Of a stretch of DNA of 64,000 bases, positions 25,485 through 39,129 are shown in pieces. The stretch is from Octopus vulgaris (lineage: Eukaryota). The position numbers were made by a program, and so were the translations under genes. Numbering within the stretch: the stretch's first letter is position 1; the number at the start of each line of letters is the position of its first letter. The stretch covers positions 45,322,001 through 45,386,000 of the forward strand of contig OX597833.1 of assembly GCA_951406725.2 (NCBI GenBank), in the 5' to 3' direction. The notes under the pieces were generated by a model. The model saw only the letters and a program-made list of their open reading frames with translations. It ran no database searches and was not told where the DNA came from.

Positions 25485-25623
25485 ATATCACGACTGCCGT
25501 TTACGGTCGCTGTCAGTACGTATGTATACAATCATGTGCGTTGACTGCAGCATCTGAGCACTTTAGCTCTTATTTCTTGCATTTTAGGTGTTCTAACATC
25601 CTCTGCCATATTTAATGACAAAG

Positions 25624-25689
<66 letters not shown>

Positions 25690-25847
25690 TATGCATATAT
25701 ATATATATAATAAATTATATACATATAATAATAATGATAATAATAATAATATATATATGTATATATAATGAATTATATATATATAATAATAATAATAATA
25801 TATATATAATAAATAATATATATATCTACACACATATACACATGCAT

Positions 25848-26215
25848 ATATGGGTACAGGACGTCACTAACAGTGCAAATTACACGAAATACATAAACAA
25901 CGAGAAAAAAGGGAAAGAGGACAAGTAAACACAGAGAAAGGACCCTTCATCAGCTGTTGGCTGTCCATCTACTCTTCATTTCGGGCATTCAACGACAATA
26001 TGAGTCTTCAAAGACTGTTGGTTCCATAAGTACCAAAATAAAATTTGGGATTTATGGAGGGTCAAAGTTGGGAACAAAATCAGGACAGTGGAGACATACA
26101 AGGAAACTGAACGAAAGCAAACATGGAGAGTCGTTAGACCAGAACGAGAGGAAAATAGTGAACGGTGGGAGAAATGTTTTTTGAAACGAGAAAAGATAGA
26201 AGAGAACGCCTGCAA
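25848..26215 (-). mobile_element. (TA)n-adjacent short element, probably PLE-derived; related copy at 47698-47855
   Basis: Both copies begin atg(g/a)gtacaggac right after a TA/CA tract and share cccttcatcagctgt (CTGATGA on the minus strand). Confidence 0.5.
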
Positions 26216-26330
26216 CAACTTTGTTAATCGATTCGATTTCAAAAAAGATCCAGGGTTATTTTTTCAATCATATAACGACGTACATGCTTTTCTCGGGCTA
26301 TTCTTTTCTTTCTCTCTTTCCGCTTTCCCT

Positions 26331-26365
26331 CTTTCTGACGAAGGGGCATGGTTGAAACGTCACCC
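26331..26365 (+). ncRNA. Degenerate minimal hammerhead motif
   Basis: CTGACGA-aggggcatggtt-GAAA-CG-TC; stems I and II are eroded. Confidence 0.4.
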
Positions 26366-26532
26366 GCCTCCTTTTTCCCCATCCTAAACTTTCTCTGAGC
26401 GTCAGTCTAATACATTCACAATGTGCGTCCATTTAACTTTTGTTGTATTTCCTCCTTTTTTAAAAAAAAATCTTTGAATTGCCCCCCCCCACATATTGAA
26501 ATATATATGTATATGATTATCATATATATGTG

Positions 26533-26569
<37 letters not shown>

Positions 26570-26577
26570 ATTTATAA

Positions 26578-26727
<150 letters not shown>

Positions 26728-27122
26728 CTAGCAGTATCGCCCGGCGTTGCTCGGATTTGTAAGGGAAATAACTATATAAGCATTTTTAGAGTTATAGCCA
26801 AAAAATAGCAAAAAAAATGCATTAAAAATGGAAAGAAAATGATGGTAAATTTTTTTTAAATTGTTGACTCATCGTAGACATTTTTAGAGAGTTACTTCCC
26901 TTATATAATAGCGAAAAAATGCATTAAAATGGAAAAAATGATGGTAAATTTTTTTTTAAATCGTAGACTAATCGTAGACGCGCGCTAATACCCAGAAGGG
27001 CTCGATATGAATCACGACTATAAGATACCCGGTTTTGGTTAAACTGCACCGCAAAATGTGGGAGTAGTTAGGAATCTAAATCGTAGGAGACAGACACACA
27101 ACCTTACTTTTATATATAAAGA
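26728..27122 (-). mobile_element. Non-autonomous Helitron
   Basis: Minus strand 5'-TCTTTATATATAAAA ... subterminal GC hairpin ccgagcaacgccgg ... CTAG-3', inserted between A and T with no TSD. Confidence 0.85.
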
Positions 27123-27993
27123 TTTCATATTCACACACACACACACACACATACACACATACACACACGTACACCTACACATGTATAATAGTTTGTAGGG
27201 AAATGTAACGGTTTGTATGTTGATGGTTGTCAAGTTGAGAAGACTTCATATTTAGTTTTTCTAACGCCGGAGTCGTCAAATGCAAAGGTTGGTAGAACCT
27301 ACAGTAGATGTTAGGCCACCGAGAATGTAATAGATATTTTTTTTTTAGCCAAGTGAACTGCCCGATGATGAGCGATGTCCTATGTGACCCGCTTCTCGAA
27401 AAAAGGTTGCCCATGCCTGGTCTAGAGACTGTACGACAAAATTTCTCAACCGCAAGGTACTCATAGTGGATCTTAAGTAATTCTTGATCAACCTTAGTTT
27501 CGAAAAACTCCCCTCACAAACAACAACACAAACAGCAATTGTGTGACCGAAAGTGCCGCCCCACCTAAAAGCTTTACCCAAAGTAGACCGCACCCTCTCC
27601 TGTTCTATGAAAAACATAGTGAATAATATTCTTTTCTGTTCTAGGCATTTGGGGGTGGGGGCAGTCGATTAGATCGACTCCAGTACGCAACTAGTACTTA
27701 TTTTATTGACCCCGAAAGGATGAAAGGCAAAGTCTTGGCTGAATTTGAACTCAGAACGTAAAGACAGAAGAAAAACATAGTGAATAATATTGTCTTAGAT
27801 ACGCCATAACGATTGAATAGTTTACAGCTGGAATACCTTTGATAGTCATGGTATATCAGCGATTGGCCAGTTGGAAAGCATTAACCAACGCAAGTCGTGA
27901 TATAAAGGTAAATGAGAAGAAAATTTACCTTTCTGGGTTGACGAGTAGAGAGAGTAAGAGTTGTCTGGTCCCTCATTAACATGCCATGAATGA

Positions 27994-28101
<108 letters not shown>

Positions 28102-28109
28102 TATATATG

Positions 28110-28151
<42 letters not shown>

Positions 28152-28155
<4 letters not shown>

Positions 28156-28651
28156 CTTGACCGACCAGTTCGTCGGGCGTCCATTTGTCACCGCTGGTCA
28201 CAGCATGTTGTCCACTCCTCTCTGGATCGCGCCTTCTTCATCCACGTGATCCCGATCGCCCTCTTAAAATCATAACTCCACCGTCGTGGAGGCCTTCCGA
28301 GTGATCGTTTCCGCTCGCGCGGGTACCACTCGACAACTGCGTGGGTCTACCGAATATCGGTGAGCCGGGCGACGTGTCCAGCCCATCTAAACTTGCCGCG
28401 TGTAAATTCTACGATGACATCCCTCACGCCGGACTTCTGCCTGATGACCTCGCTACTGATGTGCTCTCTCAACGAGATTCCAAGCATTGACCTCTCCATG
28501 ACTCTTTGAGCCGTTACCAATCTCTGCTCTTCTCTCTTTGTTGCAACCCATGTTTCACTACCATATAACATTGCAGGTAGAACTGTGCTATCGATGAGGT
28601 TGGCGCGGGTGGTCCTGTCCAACCTTCCCTTGAGCACATCCCTTATGCCAT

Positions 28652-28652
<1 letters not shown>
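28152..28652 (-). mobile_element. RTE-clade LINE 3' fragment
   Basis: VLPAMLYGSETW..QRVMERSMLGIS..KFRWAGHVAR..WYPRERKRSLGRPPRRW, with one internal stop. Flanked by microsatellites. Confidence 0.9.
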
Positions 28653-28729
<77 letters not shown>

Positions 28730-28741
28730 CATATATATGTA

Positions 28742-28806
<65 letters not shown>

Positions 28807-29676
28807 GTGTGTACAGAGAGAGAGAGAGAGGAGAGAGAGACAGTGTGTTTGTTGGAGGGAGAGAGAGAGAGAGAGAGAGAGGGTGTATGTATTGGGGAGA
28901 GAGAGTGTGTTGGAGGGAGAGATGATCCTTCGACAAATTCCAAATACAAAGAGGAAGAATTCTATTTGGGTCATGAATTTATGATATTTTCCAAGCTAAA
29001 TCGGAATGTCTTTGATAGACGTGGTAAATCAGTGACTGGTCTGTCGGTAAGTACTGACCAACAAAACTATTGTTCACAAGTTGTGTTACAAAGTAAATGA
29101 CAAAATATAGTTTCAAATTTTGGGTCGGGGCCAGCAGTTTTGGGGGAAAAGAAAGTCGATTACACCGACTTCCAATACTTGACTGATACTTATTTTATCG
29201 GCCCAAAAGGATGAAAGGCAAAGTTGACCTCGACAGAATTTGAAACATAAATACGGACGAAGTTAAAATAATAAAGAGAGAACACCACTGTAAAATACGA
29301 AAACTAAAAGAAGCAGCATATATGCTTGGACACAACAACCTCCTAAGCAGACCGAGTGCAGATACGAATAGTATATGGGAACAGGTATTAAGGAAGTATA
29401 GGAAAATATTAGATTTAGAAGTCCTAAAAATATCTCTACAATTGCCCACGGGCATATGGCGTAGTGGTTAAGAGCGCGGGCTACTAACCCCGTGACTCCG
29501 AGTTTTGTTTTTTACCTATGGACCACTTTGATTCCCATTTCACTTGGGTCGACTCTCATAGCCATTTGATATCTTTAAAAAATCCTATTATGTTTTTTAT
29601 GATTAAATATTGTTAGAATAATAAATCATCGAAAAATACCTTAGGAATGTGAACCCAGGTTCGAAGTTTCCCCAAG

Positions 29677-29720
29677 ACACTTGATGAAGGCTGGTGGGTA
29701 TATCAGCCGAAATGTTGTAT
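29677..29720 (+). ncRNA. Degenerate minimal hammerhead motif in a short element (about 29618-29770)
   Basis: acac-tTGATGA-a-GGCTG-gtgggtatat-CAGCC-GAAA-tg-TT-gt, with two C>T changes. Confidence 0.55.
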
Positions 29721-30300
29721 TAGCAACAAGCAAGATGTGGACAAATATCCGTCAAATGTAAATAATATACGGACGAACTACAGTTCAGCGTACTTTTCAA
29801 TGTGCTAACGGTTTCGCCAGCTCGCCGCTTTCCAATAGATGACAAACTATAAAAATAGGTACGTTGTATCAGAGCAGATTTATAGAAACCATCCCATAAG
29901 TTTTATGATTCAAATTCAGTTTTAATCTTTTTGTTACCATATTTCTGTTGAAATACAGCTTTTCTTTCTATTAATCCCGAAAATAACGAATAAATTAGTC
30001 AAATAATTTCGTCATTATTAGGCTGATGTTACGACCATAATTGAACATGAAACTTTAATGGGAAGTTTTAATCACTTAATGCAGGAAGTCTGAGCCATAG
30101 AACCAAGGACGGTCACGGGCTGTATGGTATCAGAGAGTCCCTATGTGGTCACTCGAACTGCTAGAAATATCAGCTAAATCTCTTACAAATGATGTTCTAC
30201 GTCAGTGGTTCTCGACTGGAGTCCATATGGCCCTCGGAAGTTCATATAAAATTTTGTTTTTAAAGCTTAGATGCAATAAATTGGTTATATTTCTATAATA

Positions 30301-30621
30301 GTGAGGGCGCGTGGCTTAGTGGTTAGGGCATTCGGCTCATGAACGTAAGGTTGTGAGTTCGATTCCCGGCGACGCGTTGTGTCCTTGAGCAAGACACTTT
30401 ATTTCACGTTGCTCCAGTCCACTCAGCTGGCAAAAATGAGTTGTACTTGTATTTCAAAGGGTCAGCCTTGTCACTCTCTGTGTCACGCTGATTATCCCCG
30501 AGAACTATGTTAAGGGTACACGTGTCTGTGGAATGCTCAGCCATTTGCACGTTAATTTCACGAGCAAGCTGTTCCGTTGATCGTATCAGCTGGGACCTTC
30601 GTCGTCGTAACCGGCGGAGTC
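30301..30621 (+). mobile_element. SINE family C (tRNA head with gttgtgtccttgagcaagacact core)
   Basis: A box tggcttagtggt, B box gagttcgattccc, TSD tttctataata. Degenerate copies at about 13668-13925, 19462-19562 and 10270-10440. Confidence 0.85.
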
Positions 30622-30686
30622 TTTCTATAATATACAAAATATTTTGACAAATTTTCATACAATTATTAACAATATTTAATCATACA

Positions 30687-31409
30687 GGCGCAGGAGTGGC
30701 TGTGTGGTAAGTAGCTTGCTTACCAACCACATGGTTCTGGGTTCAGTCCCACTGCGTGGCATCTTGGGCAAGTGTCTTCTGCTATAGCCTCGCGCCGACC
30801 AATGCCTTGTGAGTGGATTTGGTAGACGGTGTAGTGATCCGACAACGGCGCGCGCTCGCGCACCGCCCATTTGTATTTCGCGCGTGTTGGTGCCTTCACC
30901 AAGGCACAGAAAGGAACCACCGGTAGCACGACCCTATTGCCTACGTAGCAGTTAGCGAGGCAAGGGGGTCGTAGAACGTTTGACCGCTAGCGTCCAGCAA
31001 GCGGTGACTTGGGACCCAGCGATTGACGGCGACGGTCACGCATATATTCTCTCCGTCTGAACTGATTCTAGCAGTCCTTTGGCCGAAGACTTTTAACCAA
31101 AATTGTTGCAGACCAACATCGTCTCCATTGTTCGACGCCATCTTGGACCCTTTCTGTTTTCATCGGCTGACATTGTAAATATTACAATCTATTAACTTTC
31201 AGCCTGGAATCAAGGACATCAGATAACACACTTATTGTTATTGTTTACCAAGAAAGAGAATAAAGTAGTTATATATATAAGTTTCTGACTAGTAGAGATT
31301 CTGGATTATTAAGTAACGGCTGTGAGGATTGCTTTGTGCACCCAAAAGTGCACGAGGACACACACATCACACTAAGCTCGTTTCAACGAAATGAAAGAAG
31401 CCTGTCGAA

Positions 31410-31471
<62 letters not shown>

Positions 31472-31690
31472 GGTGTGTGTATGTGTTTGTGTGTCTGTGT
31501 TTGTCCCCTCACCATCGCTTGACAACCGATGCTGGTGTGTTTACGTCCCCGTCACTTAGCGGTTCGGCAAAAAGAGATCGATAGAATAAGTACTGGGCTT
31601 ACAAAGAATAAGTCCCGGGGTCGATATGCTCGACTAAAGGCGGTGCTCCAGCATGGCCGCAGTCAAATGACTGAAACAAGTAAAAGAGTA
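30687..31690 (+). mobile_element. SINE family A split by a solo LTR
   Basis: The sequence breaks after ggtagacgg and resumes at acgaaatgaaagaagcc. Confidence 0.85.
30830..31385 (+). mobile_element. Solo LTR (Gypsy-like), 556 bp
   Basis: TG...CA termini, apparent 4-bp TSD ACGG/ACG(A), AATAAA at 31259. Confidence 0.75.
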
Positions 31691-32413
31691 ATACAAATAT
31701 AATAGGATTTTTTTTAGATATCAAATAGCTCTGAGAGTCGACTTAAGTGAAGTGGGAATCAAAGTGGTCCATAGGTAAAATATTAAAAAATGGTTGAGAA
31801 ATTACTGTTCTACATAATCATTTTCGTTCTATTTACCCACTAGCAACATTTTGAAAGTAAATTTGCACTCAATTCTGTTTTCTTCTGTAATATGAGTACA
31901 CCATAATAAAACTTCTACCATAATAAAGTAACCGACAAAGAGGAAATTAAAAAAAAAAATACAGTTTTTAAACATTATTATTTTAAGATCAAATAACAAG
32001 AACAATAAAAGCAGCGCATAATACAGTCTTCTGAATTAGAACACCCCATTAAGTAACATAGTAATTAAAAATACAGATCGTTTAATCCACTAATATAACG
32101 CAAAAAAATAAAAATCTTTTTTTTTTTTTTTTTTTTTTTTACAATATAGGTTTATTTCTAAATTTTCTTCTCCGAGGTTTTAAAAATCATATTTGAAAGG
32201 AAAAATAAAAAGAAAAGACAATATTGAATCAGTAAATTGTCCCGCTGGGTAAGTAAAAAATTTTCACCAAGGGGAGAAATTTACCATAACACTAATCATG
32301 GTACTTACTTTCCCAACCTAGATGGATGGTAGAGCTGAACTCAACGTGATCTGAACTTACAGTGTGAAAAACCGGTCAATAGGTGAATGAAAGAGTATAA
32401 ACATATATATATA

Positions 32414-32930
<517 letters not shown>

Positions 32931-32967
32931 AAGAGGGAAGAGTATATACAAATATAATACATACATA

Positions 32968-34262
32968 CGAGGTGCGTTCACAAAGTATCCAACTTTATTT
33001 TTTCCCGCCAAAGATAATGCTACGCGGGAAAAATCCTTTGGGTGGAGGTGACGCCACCCTTTCTGTGAATGCAGGAAAATATTTGCGCCGGTGTGTCTGG
33101 TCAGTTCCCGGTTGTTACGTCTAGAGTGCGCGCTCGTCGGATTCTCGTTTTCACTCAAGACGATCGAACGCATCGAGCAGATACCATAAACCCAAGTCTC
33201 ATCACCAGTGATGATGGTCTTCATGGAGTCTGGGTTATGGTTTGCACAATCCAGCATGACCCGTGCAATTTCCATGCGGAGCTGCTTCTGCCGCTCCGCC
33301 AACACCTTTTGGACAAATTTCCCGACACTCTCTGCATGCACAAATCCTCCGTTAAATTGGAATGCACTGATCCTGAACTTTTTCCCACTTTGTGGGAAAT
33401 AGCTCACTTCGTGAGCAATTTCCTGGATTGTTACGTGACAATCTTCCATGTCTATTCTTATTTCTTTATTGCCCACAAGGGGCTAAACATAGAGGGGACA
33501 AACAAGGACAGACAAACGGATTATGTCGATTATATCTACCCCAGTGCGTAACTGGTACTTATTTAATCGACCCCGAAAGGAGGAAAGGCAAAGTCGACCT
33601 CTACGGAATTTGAACTCAGAACGTAACGGCATACGAAATACCTATTTCTTTAATACTCACAAAGAGCTAAACATAGAGGGGACAAACAAGGACAGACAAA
33701 CGAATTATGTCGATTATATCTACTTCAGTGTGTAACTGATACTTAATTTATCGACCCCGAAAGGATGAAAGGCAAAGTCGACCTCGGCGGAATTTGAACT
33801 CAGAACGTAACGGCAGACGAAATACCGCTAAGCATTTCGCCCGGCATGCTAACGTTTCTACCAGCTCGCTGCCTTCAATCTTCCATGTTTATTAGCCAAA
33901 TCTTCTTAGCCAGCTTCTTGTTTCGGCTTGTAGATGGCCTACATGGGCGTGCTTTGCTCTCCACTGAAGTGCGGCCATGTCTGAAACGGTTGTACCACTT
34001 CTTGATCTTTGTTTTACCCTTGGCATCATCGCCGAAAGTCTCAGCTTGAATATATAACCGAACTTTTGGCAAAAATTTGATGCAATGTCTCTGCTCGATG
34101 CGTTCGGAGAAATTGAAAATCTGACGAGCGCACACTACGTGTCTGTACTCAAAGCGTAACAAAAAGGAAATGACGCGGTTTACCGGGATTAAAATTTTCA
34201 CGTATGCTCTGGAAGGATGACATCATTTCCCGCGCAAAGAATTTTACTCTCGCGGCATTATT
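32968..34262 (-). mobile_element. Rearranged degenerate mariner
   Basis: TA-CGAGGTGCGTTCA TIR. Minus-strand fragments ERIEQRHCIKF, KKWYNRFRHGRTSVES..RPSTS, KFVQKVL and IITGDETWVYG. A SINE is inserted at 33452-33875. Confidence 0.8.
33452..33875 (-). mobile_element. Dimeric SINE family B
   Basis: Two tandem units of about 185 bp and a 13-bp TSD CAATCTTCCATGT (33439-33451, 33876-33888). Confidence 0.9.
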
Positions 34263-34566
34263 GGTTAGGACGTTGCACTCATGATCGCGAAATTTTGGTT
34301 TTAGTTCCTGGACCGAGTGGTGCGACACCTAACGTGTGGTACACTGTGCGCCTGTGTTCAGGTTACGCCGATTTGATGGAAGGAGTAAGCTAATGTACTG
34401 CACATACATTTGATCTCTATAAACAAATCATTCGTGCAGGTTGTTCTGCAAGGAATTGCAGAGCTGTCTTACTCAGTACTCAGACAACAAGAAACTACTG
34501 TCATTGTGTATCGTTGGCGATTTTCTTTCTCCGTCTTCCCTTCCTTGGACCTTTCCTTTTTAATAT

Positions 34567-34601
34567 GTTTCTGACGAAGAGCTCCGCTCGAAACGTTAAA
34601 T
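34567..34601 (+). ncRNA. Minimal type I hammerhead ribozyme in a PLE-type short element (about 34505-34700)
   Basis: gttt-CTGACGA-a-GAGC-tcc-GCTC-GAAA-CG-TT-aaa with an intact core and palindromic ACGT stem III. The element ends ggattaac(TA)n; 3' fragments also occur at 55757-55836 and 59041-59135. Confidence 0.75.
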
Positions 34602-34695
34602 CCTCCTTCTTTCTTTCCTTTCCTGAGCGTCCAATAACACTATTCTTGTTCCACGTCCTCGCGTTGTTGTGTTTTCTCTTTGTTCATGTTTGGAT

Positions 34696-34763
<68 letters not shown>

Positions 34764-34977
34764 ATGAAAAGAAGACAAAGAAAATTCTTTAACACATCTT
34801 TAATTACAAGTTACAAATGTTTCCGTACCATTTCCATATGCAACGCCAGTTTATGCGAAAATTCTAAAAGAAAAATCACGAATATCTGTAAAATCACGTA
34901 ATAATTTTAGGCATTGGAGAAGCACTTCCTCAAACTTGCATCAAAGTCGTGTTAATGTATGTGTGTGTATATATATA

Positions 34978-36265
34978 CGAGGGGCGTTCAATAAGTAATA
35001 TCTCTGACCCACTTGTAATTGTTTGATCTAGCTGAAATTATGTATGTGCAATTATTCATATCTCTATAGATTAAGTAGAATTACAGCTCTGAATTAATTG
35101 TGGTTTCTGATTTACATGTGTTTGAACTGAGTCAAGTGTGAAATGGAGCCTGTTGAGTGTCGAGCAGTGATCCGGTTTTTGTATTTGAAAGGACGCACAC
35201 CACGGGAGACTTTTGATGAAATGAAAGTAACTTATGGTGATGATGCTCCATCATATGACCTTGTAAAACGCTGGCATCGTGAATTCAAACATGGTCGGAA
35301 CTCTGTGGAAACAGCTCCCAGGTCTGGTCGCCCCCCTTCTGCCATTGATGAGGCATCTGTCCGTCAAGTTGAGGCTGCCATTTTGAAAGATCGACGCATA
35401 ACTATTCGCCAAATAGCCCATGAGGTCAAGATTAGTATCGGGTCTGTGGAAGCTATCATTCATGACCATTTGCATATGCAAAAGGTGTCTGCCAAATGGA
35501 TTCCCAAGTTGCTCACATCTTTCCAGAAGCAAGAACGCGTCGAGTGCTCGAGGATGAATTTGAAGATGTGCCAAGAAGATGAGACAAAATTTTTCAAAAG
35601 ACTGATTACACAGGATGAAACATGGGTCCATCACTATGATCCCGAGACCAAAGCCCAGTCAATGCAGTGGAAGCACCGTGACTCACCTCCTCTAAAGAAG
35701 GCAAGGGTGCAACCCTCCACTGGCAAGGTCATGCTCACAGTCTTCTGGGACCAGGACGGAGTAGTGACGACAGATTTCCTGGCAAAGGGTACCACAATTA
35801 CAGGAGCCTATTATGCTTCACTTTTGAGGAAATTGAGAGAAGCTATCAAAATCAAGAGGCGGGGCAAGATCAGCAAAGGCATCCTCCTCCTGCAGGACAA
35901 CGCTCCGGTCCACAACTCGCTTGTCGCCTGATCAAAAGCACAGGCGTGCGGCTATGAACTCCTCCCCCATCCCCTACTCTCCTGACTTTGCACCCTCTGA
36001 TATTCACCTCTTCCCAGCCATGAAGTTGTTTTTGAAAGGAAAGCGTTTCCCAGATGATGCAGCCTTGATTTCTGAAGTCACGTCGTGGTTGGAGGACCAA
36101 GCTGGGGTCTTCTACAAAAACGGTCTCCAGAGCTGCATCAAACAATGGGAGAAATGCGTAACTTTGGGTGGTTCCTATGTAGAAAAACACTAATAACTGT
36201 TCCAAGTTTCGTTGCTCTACTGCTATGGGAAGTGGGTCAGGGGCATTACTTATTGAACGCCCCTC

Positions 36266-36266
<1 letters not shown>
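34978..36266 (+). mobile_element. Full-length mariner (irritans/Hsmar2-like TIR), 1289 bp
   Basis: TIRs CGAGGGGCGTTCAATAAGTAAT / ATTACTTATTGAACGCCCCTCG with TA TSD. Confidence 0.95.
35143..36193 (+). pseudogene. Mariner DD34D transposase with one stop and one frameshift
   Basis: Motifs [21 protein letters not shown] and [12 protein letters not shown] at 35929-35931 and a frameshift in the C run near 35980. Confidence 0.92.
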
Positions 36267-36309
<43 letters not shown>

Positions 36310-37909
36310 ATGCATATAAACATGTATGTATGTATGTATGTATGTATGTATGTATGTATGTATGTATGTATGTATGTATGTATGTATGTATGTACGGGCG
36401 TGCGTGCGTGTGTATGGCGAAATGGTTGAATTAGAGCGTTGGAGAAATGGCTTTGCAATGTTTCTTCCGGCTCTTTGCATTTTGATTTCAAATCCAGCCA
36501 AGGTCACCTTTTCCTTTCATTCTCTTGGTCTCGATAAAATAAAGTACCAGTGAAATACTAGTTGGTATCAGTAAAACCGCTTCGTTCAAAATTTCCTTGT
36601 TCCTTAATCAGTAACTGAGTTTGTGTGTGTGTGTGTGTGTGTGTATTCAATTTAGGATAAAAGATGCAACAGAAAAACAAATTAGTCGATGGCTTTTGTA
36701 TTATATTATTTATTTCTCTTTGTTAGCCCTAAAATAATATTATCTTTCGCTCAATGTCATCTCTGTCGCGCAATCGGCTTTTAACAGAAGAGTTGATGGC
36801 TGAAGCCCATCCTGGAGCGAATATAATTTAAAAAAAAATATTTTTTTAACCGTGCTTAGGGTTAGGGTTAGGTTAGGGTCAGACATAATTCGCTCTCACT
36901 TGGGTTGCCCAACAGCGGCCTTGTCTCGTCGCAGTTTACCGAATTTTAGCAAAGGAATCCTTAAATAAATATACAAGAAAAGGGTATTTAATAGTGTGAA
37001 ACTAGAGAATTATTTTGTTCCAAACAAGCGAAGTTACCCTTTAACGGCCTGAAATTAGATATTCGGATAAGTGTTCACAACATAGAAAAAAATCTTACGA
37101 CAACAAGCCTAAAATAGACTATGATATTTAAATGGCTATGAAAGGGATCTAAGATGTTCAACATATTTTACGCCAAATTTCTTTCTATTTCGTCTTTAGA
37201 ATAAACCAATGTCAACATTGACACGTCGTTAGTCACATGTTGTTGTTTGTAAGCAGTTATTCTTTATCGTCATGGAGATAAACTTGCATAGCAAGTGACT
37301 TGATCTGAGATCGTGTGCTGAAACAAAAACAATTGCAGCGTGGTTTTGTCAGTGAGTAGTTCGCAGTTTCAAAGCAACAAAAATATTTAGACACAAATTA
37401 AATTTAAATGTTGAAATGAAACAAACGGCTTTTTTTTTGTATGTGTTCTTAAATGGCTTACAAACATCTTCCACGCGTCATGGACCGCCATGTACTTGCA
37501 TAGCAAGTCCACATTGATCCCTGAGATCGTGTGCTGAAACAAAACTAATGATGAGTCAAACGTGAGAAAATCTATTTTGCTGCAGGACTTGTTTTACATA
37601 GCAACCAAATTTGCTTTTAAATCAGCTTAACCCCTTGACGCCGGTATTACCCGAAGCATTCGAGACAATGCTCCTGTTTTTTTCTTTATCTAACGAGGCC
37701 ACACAAACACACAAGTGTCAACGAGCTCGCGTCTATTTACGTTCACTGATTTCAGATTATAAACTTCCACATTTACTCCCTTATTTGATACTAAAACTAA
37801 TGAGCTGGCAGAATCGTTAGCACGCCGGGCGAAATGCTAACAAAGAGGACAGCGTTAACAAAACTGCTGTAAGGCAACAAAAACAAGTGTCTCAAGACAC
37901 AACAATTAA

Positions 37910-38210
37910 TCTTTATATATAAAACTAAAGTTGTGTGTGTCTGTCTACTCCGATTTAGATTCCTAAATACTCCCACATTTTGCGGTGCAGTTTAACCAAA
38001 AGCGGGTATCTTATAGTCGTCATTCATATCGAGCCCTTCTGGGTATTAGCGCGCGTCTACGATGAGTCTGCGATTTAAAAAAAAATTTACCATCATTTTT
38101 CCGCATTTTTAATGATTTTTGCTCGGGTTATATAAGGGAAGTAACTCTCTAAAAATGCTTATATAGTTATTTCCCTTACAAACCCGAGCGACGCCGGGCG
38201 ATACTGCTAG
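37910..38210 (+). mobile_element. Non-autonomous Helitron, same family as 26728-27122
   Basis: A|TC...hairpin...CTAG|T. Confidence 0.85.
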
Positions 38211-39129
38211 TAACAAATATAATTCCAATTCAACAATCCTTCACTAACCTCTCGAACGACACACAAACAAAATTCACGGCCAACTCGGTAACAGATGATT
38301 GGAACAACGGTGAAATAAAGATCAGTGTTAATTTATTCTTGATTATCGGTGAACTCAGAACATAAAGACAGAAGAAAAACATAGTGAATAATATTGTCTT
38401 ATATACGCCATAACGACTGAATAGTTTACAGCTGGAATACCTTTGATAGTCATGGTATATCAGTGATTTCCATGCGGTGCTGCTTCTGCTGCTCCGCCAA
38501 CACCTTGTGGACAAATTTCCCGACACTCTCTGCATGCACAAATCCTCCGTTAAATTGGAATGCTTATATAGTTATTTCCCTTTGTGGAAAACCCGAGCGA
38601 CGCCGGGCGATACTGCTACGTAACAAATATAATTCCAATTCTATTCTTATTTTTTTATCCTTCACTAACCTCTCGAACGATGCACAAACAAAATTCACGG
38701 CCATTACTCGGTCGACAGATGATTTACCCCAGTGCGTAACTGGTACTTATTTAATCGACCCCGAAAGGAGGAAAGGCAAAATTTGGGCAAGTCTATGTCT
38801 TTATTATCAGACAATTGCAAAAAAAAAAAATGATTTAAAAATAATTCAAAACTCTTCAAAAATCCAGTCCAAATTCTTCATAGTTCAAACCGTTGCTTAC
38901 ATTTTACTCAACTTAATATATGCATGCGATGCTGTTTTTGTTTATACTTACGAAAATTGTTGCAACAGATCATTTAATGCAGACGTGCGCACGCGCACGT
39001 GTGTGTGTGTGTGTGTGTTGATCCCTGACTTGTTGCTACCTTTGTATTGTAATTTGGGGAAGTGGTCAATACAAGGAAGGGAGGGGCAATATGCGGTCAG
39101 GAAGGTTCAGAATGGACTAACAAGTCCTA

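Larger units (their letters stand above)
30203..31807. mobile_element. hAT-type MITE hosting nested insertions
   Basis: TIRs CAGTGGTTCTC / GAGAAATTACTG and an 8-bp TSD TTCTACGT/TTCTACAT. Confidence 0.75.
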
